Shown: positions 1 through 10,303, counted from the stretch's first letter. The stretch: 32,774 nt of DNA from Nitrososphaeraceae archaeon (GCA_025936955.1 JAICSL010000001.1:1-32774); one strand, 5' to 3'. Made by a program: numbers and translations. The notes: generated by a model from the letters alone, not told the origin.

Positions 1-871
1 AACAAGACACTATAGGGATAGAATAATTCAGACTCGCTGCTGAATTTAATCTAACTGGCATTAGAGGCATATGATGACTGCCTCTAGTATTGCCCGCAAC
101 AAAATGAGGATCGTTGAATGCGCTGCCGGCTTCTTCTGTGGCAGGAAAATTTTTTTGAGTTCTAACAATTGCTATAGGATCATCTTTCCCTACATAGGTG
201 CCAGCGATATTGTGTAGCCTATCGGTAGAAGCAGAGACGATTTGTTCCCCATCAGAAGACAGAACAGAATGTACTACATATCTACCAGGATACATTAATG
301 CGGCTTCGAGCTCCGGCTTACTTTCCCACATTTTAAGATCTGCGATTTTGCCATTCATTACATCTAAAATTCTCATTGTTACGCCTTCTGCAAGTTTTTC
401 ATTAATGAGAAGTCCAGTATTACTGCGAGCATCAACAAATATTTTCCACAGAGGGAAGTTGAAAGCACCAGGCTCTGTCTTATCTGCTGCGAATATGCAG
501 AAGACCTCGCTTGGGCGTTCTTCCATTTCAATTTCTGCTACGCCTGGTCCCAGACCCCTTACATTTCCAGAGAAAGCGTCTTTTAGGAGATCTTGTCCTG
601 CACCATATAAACCCTGTTCTTTTGCAATTTTTGTCCCCTCGGTAAAGGCGTCCCAGGCTAATTTGTGAATAGTTTCGTTATCCGCACCATAGGAGTGGCT
701 CATGATTATATGGACATCGTCTCCCGTATAACCGATGTAATAATCTAGTAGCAAATCCCTTGCTTTTTCAGTTATAACTGAATTTACTCTTTCCACCAGT
801 TCATCGCTTGGACGTGTATGACCGCCGATTCCACCTATGTCTGCTTTTATTGCTGATACCGTTATACGCAT
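1..871 (-). CDS. fbp: Fructose-1,6-bisphosphate aldolase/phosphatase (archaeal class V FBPase), partial; the C-terminus lies beyond the window edge
   Basis: Absent from the ORF track because it runs off the edge. Reverse-strand translation from ATG (871..869) gives MRITVSAIKADIGGIGGHTRPSDELVERVNSVITEKARDLLLDYYIGYTGDDVHIIMSHSYGADNE...FVAGNTRGSHHMPLMPV. The frame is open down to position 1 (about 290 codons; frame checked at several points). The N-terminal ISxIKADxGxxGGH and GSHHMPLMP motifs match my recollection of the family. The + ORF 198..668 is its antisense shadow. Confidence 0.85.
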   Translation of the reverse strand, partial: MRITVSAIKADIGGIGGHTRPSDELVERVNSVITEKARDLLLDYYIGYTGDDVHIIMSHSYGADNETIHKLAWDAFTEGTKIAKEQGLYGAGQDLLKDAFSGNVRGLGPGVAEIEMEERPSEVFCIFAADKTEPGAFNFPLWKIFVDARSNTGLLINEKLAEGVTMRILDVMNGKIADLKMWESKPELEAALMYPGRYVVHSVLSSDGEQIVSASTDRLHNIAGTYVGKDDPIAIVRTQKNFPATEEAGSAFNDPHFVAGNTRGSHHMPLMPVRLNSAASLNYSIPIVSC

Positions 872-1319
872 AGGTCAAATGCATAAATTGCTGTTTAAAA
901 TCTTTCTGATGTAACTCTAATGAACTTAACACCGAGAACATGAAGTTAATCCTTGTTGGTCCTCTTATTATCTAGCTGTAGAGGTTAATCTAGAATGAGA
1001 AGATTCAGGTTCGGGCTGAAGGCAGAATAGGCTTGTAATAGTCGACTCATCCACCGATATAATTGGTATAACCGCGTAACATCATATTGTAGAAGAATTA
1101 AAGAGTGGCAGTGTTTGGTATTTGTGAGTCCTTAAGTTAAACTATATTCAGGGATATCTAAATTCATGGTTCAGCGGAGATCTTGTTTATTATAACAATG
1201 CAAAAGTCATAGCAGTATTGTTCTTCTCTACTTAATTGATTTCAAATTTTACTGTAACAAAAACAAAAGAGAAGTTTATTTCCCCATCTTGTCATTTAAT
1301 AACCACCGTGAAGAGATAT

Positions 1320-1874
1320 ATGATATATTTGGATAATAACTCCTATTTACCTAAGGATGCACCAACTCTTTTAAAGAGAGCAAGAGAACTATTAAGGGTA
1401 AACTCCGGAGTCATTATCAGAGACACTCGGGTCTTGAAAAAGTATATAGAGTTTGATACGAGTATCCCGGACGATGCAAGTATTACAGATATAGTCTTAG
1501 GATATCAGGCAATTGCACCTGTAACAGAATACGATCTTATAACAGAAAGGATTTTACCAAAAGCAGATGCAATAATACAATCAATAAAACTATTTAACGA
1601 TGAAAAATATTGGAGTGCTCACGAACATCTTGAATTAATATGGAAAAATTCTCAGGGAGAGGAGAAGAATTTATTGAATGGTATTATCTTGATAGCTGCA
1701 GCTTTCGTTCACGATGAAAAAGATGAATCCGAAATATGCATATCGATACTAAGTAGGGCTCTTCAGAAACTAAATCATGCTCATGGAATATATTTGAGTA
1801 TTAATATAGATAAAATCAAAGAAAGAATATCCAAAATAATTGAAAGCAGACATATAGAACGTTTTGTTATTTGA
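1320..1874 (+). CDS. DUF309-domain protein (function unknown)
   Basis: The C-terminal half (LFNDEKYWSAHEHLELIWKNSQGEEKNLLNGIILIAAAFVH) matches the DUF309 signature as I remember it (F..G.YWEAHE.LE..W......FLQGLIQ.AAA..H). The track ORF starts at TTG 1236. The first in-frame ATG is 1320 (MIYLDNNS...), which I prefer; the start is uncertain. Confidence 0.6.
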   Translation: MIYLDNNSYLPKDAPTLLKRARELLRVNSGVIIRDTRVLKKYIEFDTSIPDDASITDIVLGYQAIAPVTEYDLITERILPKADAIIQSIKLFNDEKYWSAHEHLELIWKNSQGEEKNLLNGIILIAAAFVHDEKDESEICISILSRALQKLNHAHGIYLSINIDKIKERISKIIESRHIERFVI

Positions 1875-2286
1875 TACTTATAATTTATAATTCACTCTTT
1901 TTTCTATGGTATGTTAATATTATTTTAGATTCTCCATATTTTCGTCGATCTCTAGCAATCTAGCAAAAATTTACCTTAATCATAGAATAACCTTTTCGTA
2001 TGATATCCTTCATGAAGATAGCAACAGCGATGGGAAGGGAATCCGCCTCCTAAAATCAAATGGCAATACAGCAATTTCAGCTACATTACTAAGTTTATCA
2101 TAGCCGAGTTCCATCGTTCATGAACCACAGGTTCAAAACGAATTAATTTTACTTTGACTCAATTATGCGTGAAAGGTTTACCACAGTATCTTTAATTTGG
2201 AGTAAGTGGTCATGGAAAGGCGATTTCAAACCTCCATTATAACTACCTCCTTCGAAATATCGAATAATTATTTTTCCTTGTTGGGA

Positions 2287-2583
2287 TTAATTTTTCTTTC
2301 GGGGGAACATTTTCTCATAAGGTTCCAAAATGCTCCTACAGAATTCTATACCTGCTTGAGTCGGCCGATATATCGTAATGATTCTTTTTCCGATTATTGT
2401 TTCACTCTTAGTGATAAGATTATTTTTTTCTATATCATCAATCATTGGCTTATGTTTTTTTAAGTTAAGCCCACAAAAACTTACCATAGAAGTCTGGTTA
2501 AGCTCGCCGTATTCTACGAGCTTCATAATGATGTCTTTAACAATATAGATCCTGTCTCGATAAGATGCTTGAGAACCAGACAT
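2287..2583 (-). CDS. Small winged-helix DNA-binding protein (HTH_45-like putative transcriptional regulator)
   Basis: 98 aa with an ATG start. The pattern RDRIYIVKDIIMKLVEYGELNQTSMVSFCGLNLKKHKPMIDDIEKNNLITK...IYRPTQAGIEFCRSI resembles archaeal stand-alone wHTH proteins (helix-turn-helix, wing, then Y.LT.KG-like). The overlapping + ORF 2206..2463 looks like a shadow. Confidence 0.6.
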   Translation of the reverse strand: MSGSQASYRDRIYIVKDIIMKLVEYGELNQTSMVSFCGLNLKKHKPMIDDIEKNNLITKSETIIGKRIITIYRPTQAGIEFCRSILEPYEKMFPRKKN

Positions 2584-2685
2584 CGATCTATTATAATCAT
2601 AATTATTTATTATATTATAATAATTGGTTAACTATGTTAAGTAACCTATTATATATAATTTGGTCAAAAGAAAGCACCTAAAATT

Positions 2686-3378
2686 ATGCCGTCGCAGAAA
2701 AGTAGTTTATTGTGCGGATCTCTAGATTTTAGCATGTTTTCATGCTTGATGATAACACTATTGACAATCACTGTGTTCCCTCAACTTGTGGCAGCTCAAA
2801 CTTTAATGCCCGAACAGATGAATTTTGCAACTTATGATAATCCTGAATTTGGAATAACAATACAGTATCCATTATTGTGGTATAAAATTGTCAAGGAAAA
2901 TTACTATTCTGATAATGATGATAACGGTTTCATTATCTTATTTCAAATAAAACCCTTGAAAGTAGCGGGAAACGATGAAATCGGAGTATCAATATTATCT
3001 CACAGACTAGATACTCCGAAAAATTTCCTGAATCAATTTCAAATTCTTGATGGCATTATTTCTCAAAGAGCTTTACTCAAGGGTTTTACTATAACCCATT
3101 TTACATCTTTGTTAACCAAGAAATTGCCGGAATTCGTTTATGTGAAGGGTGAATCCGGCGAAACTACCATTGGTGCAGATAATAACACTGCCCAAAAAAT
3201 TGTTTACACCTATAGGGATCAAAGAGAACATCTAAAAGTAATGGAAATCTTGGTCGTTAATGGTAGGCAAGGATACGTGATTAGATATGCACAAGATACG
3301 ACGAAATTTTCTGATAGCTTACCATTAGTAAAAAAAATGCTTGACTCATTTAGAATGTATAATTCTACTCATCGATGA
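2686..3378 (+). CDS. Secreted/extracytoplasmic hypothetical protein
   Basis: 230 aa. It has an N-terminal hydrophobic signal-like segment (MFSCLMITLLTITVFPQLVAAQ; an alternative start is ATG 2734). This is followed by FATYDNPEFGITIQYPLLWYKIV, a motif typical of paralogous secreted proteins in soil thaumarchaea. A PsbP/DcrB-like fold is only a guess. Confidence 0.55.
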   Translation: MPSQKSSLLCGSLDFSMFSCLMITLLTITVFPQLVAAQTLMPEQMNFATYDNPEFGITIQYPLLWYKIVKENYYSDNDDNGFIILFQIKPLKVAGNDEIGVSILSHRLDTPKNFLNQFQILDGIISQRALLKGFTITHFTSLLTKKLPEFVYVKGESGETTIGADNNTAQKIVYTYRDQREHLKVMEILVVNGRQGYVIRYAQDTTKFSDSLPLVKKMLDSFRMYNSTHR

Positions 3379-3682
3379 GAAAATTAATTTCCAACTACGC
3401 CTCCAGCGACACCCCAGTTTGTTAGGTTTATCCTGAAGACATTTTCCTAGAATTTATATTTTTGAATTGCAAATGGATTGGGACCAACTTTTTGAATTAC
3501 ATATTCAAGGGATATAATAATTGATGCCATACGTGCAAAGTTAGCAATATATGACTTCGAAGTAAAGCCTAAAGAATTTGATAAAGCAAATAGTCAAATT
3601 ATTAAAAAGGCAGTTAAATTGATATTCCTAAAATTCCACTTGATACAACCGTAATTAGGATGAACAAGTGAAATGGTAAAAT

Positions 3683-5197
3683 ATGAGTAATAATATCAGA
3701 TTAGGCTATTCTGGTATCATATCTTTTGGATCAAGGGTTTCAAGTCTTTTTACAGGGTTAATTTTTATTACGCTAGTAACGAGGCACCTTACCCAATCTG
3801 ATTTTGGATTATGGCAATTGATCCTTAGTATAATTTCGTACTCGGTCTATCCTAATGTGATTGTTGATTATTGGGCAGTACGAGATATCGCTAGAGGGGA
3901 AAAGCATGCGAAAACGGCCATCCTGTTTGGATTAATCCTTTCTGTAGGTGGTATAGGTCTGTACTTGGTTATTTCATTTTTGTCGGCCCCAAAAGTAGGA
4001 GAACAGTATATTTTTTTTATAATTGCATTAGCACAGGTGCCATTATCGTACCTATCCATTACCTTGCAGACGCTTTCTCAGGCAGCCAGGCCGCAATCTG
4101 TAGGAATAGCGTTTATGATATTTGAAATAATCAAAGTCGTAATAGCCATAATGTCTTTTTATACCGTTGGTATAACTCTTAGTGTCGCAATATTAGCAGT
4201 TTTAGGAGCATTGGTCGCTCAATGCGCAGTGCTTCTGATCATGCTCCCGAGGGAACTATATAAACGAAGCTTCGACAAACAAGTGGTTAAGCGATGGTTA
4301 AAAATAGCCTGGCTTCCTTGCTTTGTAACTGTCTCTGGTTATATTGGGACAATAGACAGCCTAGTAGTAACAATGATAACTGGGTCTACCCTTGCATTAG
4401 CAAATTATAGGGCAGCGTATGTTATTGCCGCCTTAATCTCTCACGCCGGGGCCTTCACTTTTGCATTGTACCCGAAGTTGATAGGTGGAGCAGGACTGGG
4501 AGAATCAAGATATGTTACAAAATTAATGATGCTATTTAGTATTCCAATGTCCGCTGGGCTTTTTATCTTATCCATACCACTATTATCTGTATTGGGAACA
4601 AGTTACAAGGAGGCATACATTGTACTGTGGCTTGCAATACCGGTAGTTATTAATATAACGATCAATCAACTCTTCGATTCTATTCTGACTGGTGCTGAAA
4701 AAGTAGATGTAATAAAATCATCTTTCAGAGGCTATATGAAAAGCAGGCTCTTCACTGTACCGGAAATAAGTCTTTTCGCTGGGCTTATTTCAATTGTCAC
4801 AATTAGTATAAGTTCCTATTGGCTAACTTTGATCCATGCTTCTTACATAATCATTTCAATCACATGGGCTGTAATTGTTCTGATTATATCTCTTCCAGGT
4901 ATATTCATAAAGTGGAAAATGATGCAGAAGTCAAATATCACATTCGAATGTCCTTGGAAAAATATAGGAATATATGGGTTAGCTTCAATTGTGATGTCCC
5001 TTGGATTGTTAGCCGGAGGGGCCTATAACTTTAAGCATTTCTCTACTTTCGATTTGGTGGCTAAAATAATGGGCTACACAGCATTGGCAGTGTCGATATA
5101 TACTCCTATTGTTTTTGTTCTTGACAAGGAATTTAGAGTAATGACGTATAAATCGATCGAAATATTGAAAGAATTACGGAACAGTGGTTCAAGATAA
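3683..5197 (+). CDS. Polysaccharide/oligosaccharide flippase (MOP superfamily, Wzx-like)
   Basis: 504 aa with an ATG start. It is hydrophobic throughout, with roughly 12-14 predicted TM helices. The size and topology are typical of polysaccharide biosynthesis (Wzx/MATE-like) exporters. It is convergent with a GT2 gene 26 nt away. Confidence 0.75.
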   Translation: MSNNIRLGYSGIISFGSRVSSLFTGLIFITLVTRHLTQSDFGLWQLILSIISYSVYPNVIVDYWAVRDIARGEKHAKTAILFGLILSVGGIGLYLVISFLSAPKVGEQYIFFIIALAQVPLSYLSITLQTLSQAARPQSVGIAFMIFEIIKVVIAIMSFYTVGITLSVAILAVLGALVAQCAVLLIMLPRELYKRSFDKQVVKRWLKIAWLPCFVTVSGYIGTIDSLVVTMITGSTLALANYRAAYVIAALISHAGAFTFALYPKLIGGAGLGESRYVTKLMMLFSIPMSAGLFILSIPLLSVLGTSYKEAYIVLWLAIPVVINITINQLFDSILTGAEKVDVIKSSFRGYMKSRLFTVPEISLFAGLISIVTISISSYWLTLIHASYIIISITWAVIVLIISLPGIFIKWKMMQKSNITFECPWKNIGIYGLASIVMSLGLLAGGAYNFKHFSTFDLVAKIMGYTALAVSIYTPIVFVLDKEFRVMTYKSIEILKELRNSGSR

Positions 5198-5223
5198 ACA
5201 ACTGCAACTGCTAACAATTATTC

Positions 5224-5994
5224 TTAAATTATCCCTATATATGATAGTACAAACCATATTTTGGTTCTAAATGCTATGTAGGTCTCTCTTAAAGTTCCTC
5301 TAATGAGCATATTCCAAACAACGTCTTTGAATGAAAGCATTTTATATTTTCTATAGATGTGACCTTCTTCTATCTGTTGTTTTTTTGGAACGTATCGGGC
5401 TACAGGGCTGATTACCGTTCCGGTTCTACGATAAACATTCGTCTCAAATTTAGGAAAATGATCTACTAAATAGTTTTCTACTTTGAGCCATTTCAAACCG
5501 TTTTGATCAAAATAGAATTTAGTTGCCGCGTCTTCGCCGTGCGGTTGATTTAACTTTAGATCCAATAAATGTTGTCTCTTTAGTAAAGTCTGTCCAAATA
5601 CTCCGTATTTCACTTTGGTCAAATTTTGTAATCTATCTATCCTATAATGTTCTAGCCTACAACTTTCAACTGCGTCAGCATCGTACATGTATTTCGATAT
5701 TTCTTTGAACCAACCAGTCTTAAGTACAATGTCTGAATCAATTACTGCTATCCACAGAGTCTTGGCTATGTTAAATCCAAATTGAGTTGCCTCTCCGAGG
5801 TTAAATTCAGGTCTCTTATAAATTTCAACATTGTTATATTGTGAGGCAATCTCCAAAGTATTATCAGTCGAACCACCATCGACCATGATAACCTTACGTA
5901 CGGGTATCTCTCTAAATACAGAGTCCAAACATGCAGCTAATAAATCCGAAGAGTTTCTGGTTCGAATAACAACATCTATTTTATCCTCATACAT
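5224..5994 (-). CDS. Family 2 glycosyltransferase
   Basis: KIDVVIRTRNSSDLLAACLDSVFREIPVRKVIMVDGGSTDNTLEIA...WIAVIDSDIVL is a classic GT-A/GT2 N-terminal signature with DxD-like DSD. The track ORF extends to 6063. The ATG at 5994..5992 (MYEDKIDVV) gives the usual short N-terminus. Confidence 0.8.
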   Translation of the reverse strand: MYEDKIDVVIRTRNSSDLLAACLDSVFREIPVRKVIMVDGGSTDNTLEIASQYNNVEIYKRPEFNLGEATQFGFNIAKTLWIAVIDSDIVLKTGWFKEISKYMYDADAVESCRLEHYRIDRLQNLTKVKYGVFGQTLLKRQHLLDLKLNQPHGEDAATKFYFDQNGLKWLKVENYLVDHFPKFETNVYRRTGTVISPVARYVPKKQQIEEGHIYRKYKMLSFKDVVWNMLIRGTLRETYIAFRTKIWFVLSYIGII

Positions 5995-6690
5995 ACAATT
6001 AAAATGACATGGCAACACTAATTTAATAGTTAATATATTATAGCATGATTTTACATAAAGCATTTTGAAAAGAAAACAATTAAACTCGATCTAAAGAAAG
6101 TTAGGAGATTACACTCAATTTGATAAACGTAAGATTGAAAAATCAGTAATATGATAAAATCTATTAATTTTAAGCTCTGTAAGGGACATGAGAGCTGCGA
6201 TCCTACCATCAAGGTGCAAGGAAATAAGAATTGTATAGAAACGTAGAGTTACTGAGAAAATAATAAGGATCTATCGATTGTTTGACACTTTGCTCCAGTT
6301 CGATTCTTTTGTAATCTCATAATTTCTTATTGCTTTTCGATAAAAGCAACTTAGCCCCGGTTAACTATTCTAGTCATAACGACAAATGCAGCAAAGTAGA
6401 CACCTCTGTCGGTTCAATCATTATAGTCATTTTTGGATGTGGAATGGCAGTCAGCCATATCAACATTGTCGGAACTGCTGCACAAACGATTACAGTTAGT
6501 ATTATTAGCCAAAAAGCAGTCATCTTTTCAACCATAGTTTATCAATTTGTATTTGGGGTTATAAATATTAAAACCTCCGATCCATCTATTTTTATTCTAC
6601 ATCAAAAAAATACCATTATGGGTTATCACTATTTTAAAATCTTTTTGACAGTTACTTTTATTCTGGCATCTATCATTTAACTAAATAAGA

Positions 6691-6699
6691 TTATAAATA
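6691..6699 (+). promoter_or_regulatory. Putative archaeal TATA box for sucCD
   Basis: TTATAAATA is centred about 33 nt upstream of the sucC ATG (6728). That fits a TATA at about -26/-27 with a very short 5' UTR. This is weak evidence in an AT-rich genome. Confidence 0.3.
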
Positions 6700-6727
6700 G
6701 CGTATTGAGGAAATTTATTAACTTGCA

Positions 6728-7846
6728 ATGAGGCTATTAGAATATCAAGGAAAAGAATTATTTGATAAGTATGGAATAAGAATTCCAAAAGCAATTTTAG
6801 TTACAAAATTACAAGAGGCAGAAGAGGCAGCTGCAAAATTAGGCTATCCCGTTGTCCTGAAGGCACAACTTACAGTTGGAGGAAGAGGTAAAGCAGGTGC
6901 TATTTTAAAATGCAAAACTGCAACTGACGTTGAAATCAATTTTAACCAACTTATCAGCAAAGAAATAAAGGGTGAGTTACCTAGGGGTATTTTAGTAGAA
7001 GAATTAGCTAATATCGAAAAAGAGTTATACCTGTCATTATTTCTGGACAGGACTAAAAGATGTTATTCCTTAATTGTATCAGCTGATGGGGGCGTAGACA
7101 TTGAAAAAGTAGGAAAAAAGGTGATCATCGATCTTCCCCTTGATGGTCTCTCTGATCTAGCTGCTGAGGAGATAGCCCGCAAAATAGGACTTTCAAGTAA
7201 TACTGCCGTTTCTTTTATTGATTTTTCTACGAAGCTTTCGGAATTAGTAAAAGGTGAAGAAGCGGAATTAGCTGAGGTAAATCCCTTGGCAGTTTTGCAT
7301 GACGGTTCAATTATGGCCCTCGATGCAAAGGTCATAATAGATAATAATGCTCTATTTAGACATCCTGACTTAAAGAAGTACGAGCAGATTTCACAATTAG
7401 AGATGCAAGCAGAGAAGAATGGCTTTTCACTAGTCGAATTGAATGGAAATATCGCAATAATTGGAAATGGTGCAGGGTTGGTCATGTCCACGCTCGATAT
7501 GGTATCGGACGCTGGAGGAAATGCAGGTTGTTTCCTTGACTTTGGAGGCAGGGCAACAACAGAAACCATTTATGAAGCTTTGAAGGTTATAAGCGAAATA
7601 AAAAAAATCAATATCATATTTGTAAATTTGTTTGGAGGCATAGTTAGAACTAATCTAGTCGCACAAGCAATCCTTGACGCATATCAACACAACCTGATTG
7701 ATACTCCGCTTTTCGCAAGGATCTCTGGAGCTGAATCCGATAAAGCAAAAGAAATGCTAAGGGGTACGAAGGCAAAATTGTATGATACCGTGGAAGATGC
7801 AATAATAGGATTAAGTCAAACCATATCAATAATGAAGGAGAAGTGA
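6728..7846 (+). CDS. sucC: Succinyl-CoA synthetase (ADP-forming), beta subunit
   Basis: 372 aa. MRLLEYQGKELFDKYGIRIPK...LKAQLTVGGRGKAGAI is the ATP-grasp N-terminus characteristic of SucC. It is followed by the ligase-CoA domain (IIGNGAGLVMSTLDM). It is translationally coupled to sucD. Confidence 0.9.
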   Translation: MRLLEYQGKELFDKYGIRIPKAILVTKLQEAEEAAAKLGYPVVLKAQLTVGGRGKAGAILKCKTATDVEINFNQLISKEIKGELPRGILVEELANIEKELYLSLFLDRTKRCYSLIVSADGGVDIEKVGKKVIIDLPLDGLSDLAAEEIARKIGLSSNTAVSFIDFSTKLSELVKGEEAELAEVNPLAVLHDGSIMALDAKVIIDNNALFRHPDLKKYEQISQLEMQAEKNGFSLVELNGNIAIIGNGAGLVMSTLDMVSDAGGNAGCFLDFGGRATTETIYEALKVISEIKKINIIFVNLFGGIVRTNLVAQAILDAYQHNLIDTPLFARISGAESDKAKEMLRGTKAKLYDTVEDAIIGLSQTISIMKEK

Positions 7847-8769
7847 ACACAATGACTATTAGCGATTTTGATATATTTGGTCTGCTTATTGGGAAGGAGA
7901 ACGATTCCGACTACCTAAAAAAACCAGTAATAATTCAAGGTATCACAGGTAGTTATGGATCTACACATACAAGACTAATGAAAGCATACGGTACAAATAT
8001 TGTAGCGGGAGTTACTCCTGGAAAAGGAGGTCAAAACTATGAAGGTATACCTATCTATGCAAATGTATCGGATGCTGTCAGAGCTACAGAGGCGAGAATA
8101 TCCGGCATATTTGTACCCGCGCCATACTTTTTAGATGCTGCAAAAGATGCTTTAGATAATGGCATAAAAATCTTAGTTGCTATACCAGAGCATGTCCCGA
8201 TAAAAGATGCAATAAGAGTTACAGAGTACGCCAAATCCAAAAAGGCAATTATGATCGGTCCAAATACCCCGGGATTAATTGTACCGGATATAATCAAAAT
8301 TGGCATCATGCCTGCACAGCCATTTAAAGCAGGGAAGACCATTGTTTTTTCTCGTAGTGGAACTCTTATGTACGAGGTGTCATTTAACCTCACGAGAAGT
8401 GGGTATGGCCAAAAGCTGTGTCTCGGAATAGGTGGCGACCCTATTAATGGAATCAACTTGATTGAGGCTTTTGAACTCATTCGAAGTAGTAACGATGTCG
8501 AATCAGTCGTCGTCGTGGGCGAGATTGGAGGCGATTCAGAAGAGCAATTAGCCGAGTATCTAATAAGAACAAAATTTAGCAAGCCGGTGGTCGCCTATAT
8601 AGCTGGGAGAGCCGCTCCTAAAGAAAGAACTATGGGGCATGCAGGAGCTATAGTTTACGGAAACTATGGTTCTGCTGAATCGAAGATCTCCATGTATTCG
8701 AAAGCAAATGTGCCTGTTGCAAGAACCCCAAAGGAGATTCCTGAATTAATTAGCCAGAAAGTTCGTTAG
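7843..8769 (+). CDS. sucD: Succinyl-CoA synthetase, alpha subunit
   Basis: 308 aa. It has the CoA-binding motif IQGITGSYGSTHTRLMKAYGTNIVAGVTPGKGG and the phosphohistidine loop MGHAGAIV. The GTG 7843 overlaps the sucC stop (GTGA). ATG 7852 is an alternative start. Confidence 0.9.
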   Translation: MNTMTISDFDIFGLLIGKENDSDYLKKPVIIQGITGSYGSTHTRLMKAYGTNIVAGVTPGKGGQNYEGIPIYANVSDAVRATEARISGIFVPAPYFLDAAKDALDNGIKILVAIPEHVPIKDAIRVTEYAKSKKAIMIGPNTPGLIVPDIIKIGIMPAQPFKAGKTIVFSRSGTLMYEVSFNLTRSGYGQKLCLGIGGDPINGINLIEAFELIRSSNDVESVVVVGEIGGDSEEQLAEYLIRTKFSKPVVAYIAGRAAPKERTMGHAGAIVYGNYGSAESKISMYSKANVPVARTPKEIPELISQKVR

Positions 8770-8910
8770 GCAAAATATTTCTGTTTCAATGTAGCTACAC
8801 TATCCTTACTCATACTCGTAGTCCAACAAAATACAGCATAGCGCTTCAGAATACATCTTTCTTGCTTTAGAAAGGTTATTAGGCTATTATCATGTTGATG
8901 AATCTCTCTT

Positions 8911-9699
8911 TTATGTTGAGGTGACATCTAATTGTGCCAATATCCGATCGATAATTCCTTTATTTCGAGCAAGGTAGACAAGAGATTCAGCATCTATCCA
9001 GTCAATATCATTACCGATATTATATGAAAAAAGCTTTCCTATTCCCGGTATTTTCGCCAATATATCTTTAGACAGGTCCAAGGTCGAATTACCAAGCTCA
9101 GACGTAGAACAAATAAAATCGTAGATACTATTATTAAATAAATATATTCCTAAGGCCTCTGGCTGCTCAAGCTTTACTAGATTTTTCTCTCTGAATTCCC
9201 TTATTAGAGTATTCGTATGCTCTTCGTCTCCTTGACACAACGTGACGCGGCCTGTCTCTTCGTATCTCAAATTTCTAGTAACCACAACGCCGGTTACCTC
9301 CCTGTCTTGCATCCAAATTTTCTCATATTCAGCTACTAATCTATTGATATCTAGAGCGCAGAAGTTATCTGCAAACCACGTTAAAAAAAAAGACTCATTA
9401 AGCAAAAATTTTTGAGCCTCTAGTAACGCACCCCCTGTTCCTGTTTTCTTGTCTTCTATAAAGATTATTTTTTTTTTATAAATAAACTCTTTGCCTTCAA
9501 AGTAATTAATAATTTGTCTTCCCAGGTTATCAAATTCACATATTATTACTATTTCATTGATTTTAGGAGAATGTGAGAGATATCTCACGATATGATCTAT
9601 CACGGGCCGTCCGTTAATAGGAAATAAAGCCTTTGGAATAAACTCAGTAAATGGCCGTCCTCTTGTACCATGCCCCCCAGCTAACAAAATTGCCTTCAA
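8911..9699 (-). CDS. Sugar-phosphate nucleotidyltransferase (NTP_transferase family, e.g. glucose-1-phosphate nucleotidylyltransferase-like)
   Basis: MKAILLAGGHGTRGRPFTEFIPKALFPINGRPVIDHIV is the canonical G-x-G-T-R-x(n)-PK signature of this family. 262 aa. Confidence 0.8.
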   Translation of the reverse strand: MKAILLAGGHGTRGRPFTEFIPKALFPINGRPVIDHIVRYLSHSPKINEIVIICEFDNLGRQIINYFEGKEFIYKKKIIFIEDKKTGTGGALLEAQKFLLNESFFLTWFADNFCALDINRLVAEYEKIWMQDREVTGVVVTRNLRYEETGRVTLCQGDEEHTNTLIREFREKNLVKLEQPEALGIYLFNNSIYDFICSTSELGNSTLDLSKDILAKIPGIGKLFSYNIGNDIDWIDAESLVYLARNKGIIDRILAQLDVTST

Positions 9700-10003
9700 T
9701 TTCTTCTTTTTAAATATCCGTTGAGAAAGAATATATTTTATTGTATATTTGCAATTGAGCAGACCACTCTTTTATGACAATACGTGCTATGTCTTTTTTT
9801 CTTTGTTACGAAAAGCAAGGAGTAAAAGTCGTTCTATATCATTGTGATAGTTATAATGTTTATTCGAAATAGATTAGTACGTACTCCCCTTTGATCAGCA
9901 TGTCTATCACTAAAGACATACTAATTCCTCATTAAAGTTTTTACCAGAGAATTATCCCTACTAATTAATATTAGGCGAAGAGATATCGGCAATGTAGGAA
10001 TAG

Positions 10004-10303
10004 TTGAGCAATAACAAACAATTTCTTGGTCAGCAATTGCTTTGGCTTAGTATATCACTAGGAATTAGCCTTGCTATCTCTATGTTACTCCCGTTTCCTA
10101 TCTCGCTAGTCGTCATAATTGGTGTTTTCATTCTGATTAACTTCTTTATGAGAAAGAGAGTCATTAACAAAATGAGTGGAATGGGTATGGGGTCTGGTAC
10201 CATATTCGGAGATAATACACTAAAATTTTATTGTATGAGTTGTGGAACCAGACATAAGGAATCTGCTTGTCCCAAGTGCGGTTCGAAGATGAAGAGACTC
10301 TGA
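10004..10303 (+). CDS. Small membrane protein with C-terminal zinc-ribbon
   Basis: 99 aa with a TTG start. It has two hydrophobic helices (LLWLSISLGISLAISMLL, ISLVVIIGVFILINFF). The C-terminus carries CxxC-x(10)-CxxC (YCMSCGTRHKESACPKCG). No family is recognised. Confidence 0.45.
   Translation: MSNNKQFLGQQLLWLSISLGISLAISMLLPFPISLVVIIGVFILINFFMRKRVINKMSGMGMGSGTIFGDNTLKFYCMSCGTRHKESACPKCGSKMKRL

Noticed and set aside
198-668. 156-aa + strand ORF from the track
   Set aside because: It lies entirely antisense to the strongly supported fbp reading frame, so it is a shadow ORF. The same reasoning applies to 3868..4059, 4819..5028, 5523..5708, 7063..7569, 7650..7850, 8055..8582, 10815..11114, 11259..11444, 11874..12098, 12114..12512, 12694..12966, 13392..13574, 13946..14134, 14934..15158, 15348..15563, 15806..16123, 18500..18682, 18847..19035, 19268..19477, 20983..21342, 22332..22622, 22612..22851, 22889..23185, 24279..24485, 24650..24850, 26698..26898, 28605..28829, 30745..30966, 31270..31494 and 32197..32496.
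2206-2463. 85-aa + ORF overlapping the wHTH gene
   Set aside because: The product has no domain-like pattern. The opposite-strand 98-aa ORF has a convincing winged-helix layout and an ATG start.
3496-3654. 52-codon open frame with protein-like translation (..IDAIRAKLAIYDFEVKPKEFDKANSQIIKKAVKLIF..) upstream of the flippase gene
   Set aside because: It has no ATG/GTG/TTG start near its 5' end. It could be a gene remnant, but its length is within chance expectation for one frame, so it is not supportable.
6330-6680. 116-aa + ORF (TTG start) upstream of sucC
   Set aside because: It has an implausible composition, no recognisable motif, and a TTG start with no supporting context. It would also run into the sucC promoter region. 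I treat it as non-coding.
9895-9925. Small hairpin ATGTCT-atcactaa-AGACAT upstream of the 10004 ORF
   Set aside because: The stem is only 6 bp in AT-rich intergenic DNA, which is within chance expectation. It has no flanking T-tract and no repeated copies.
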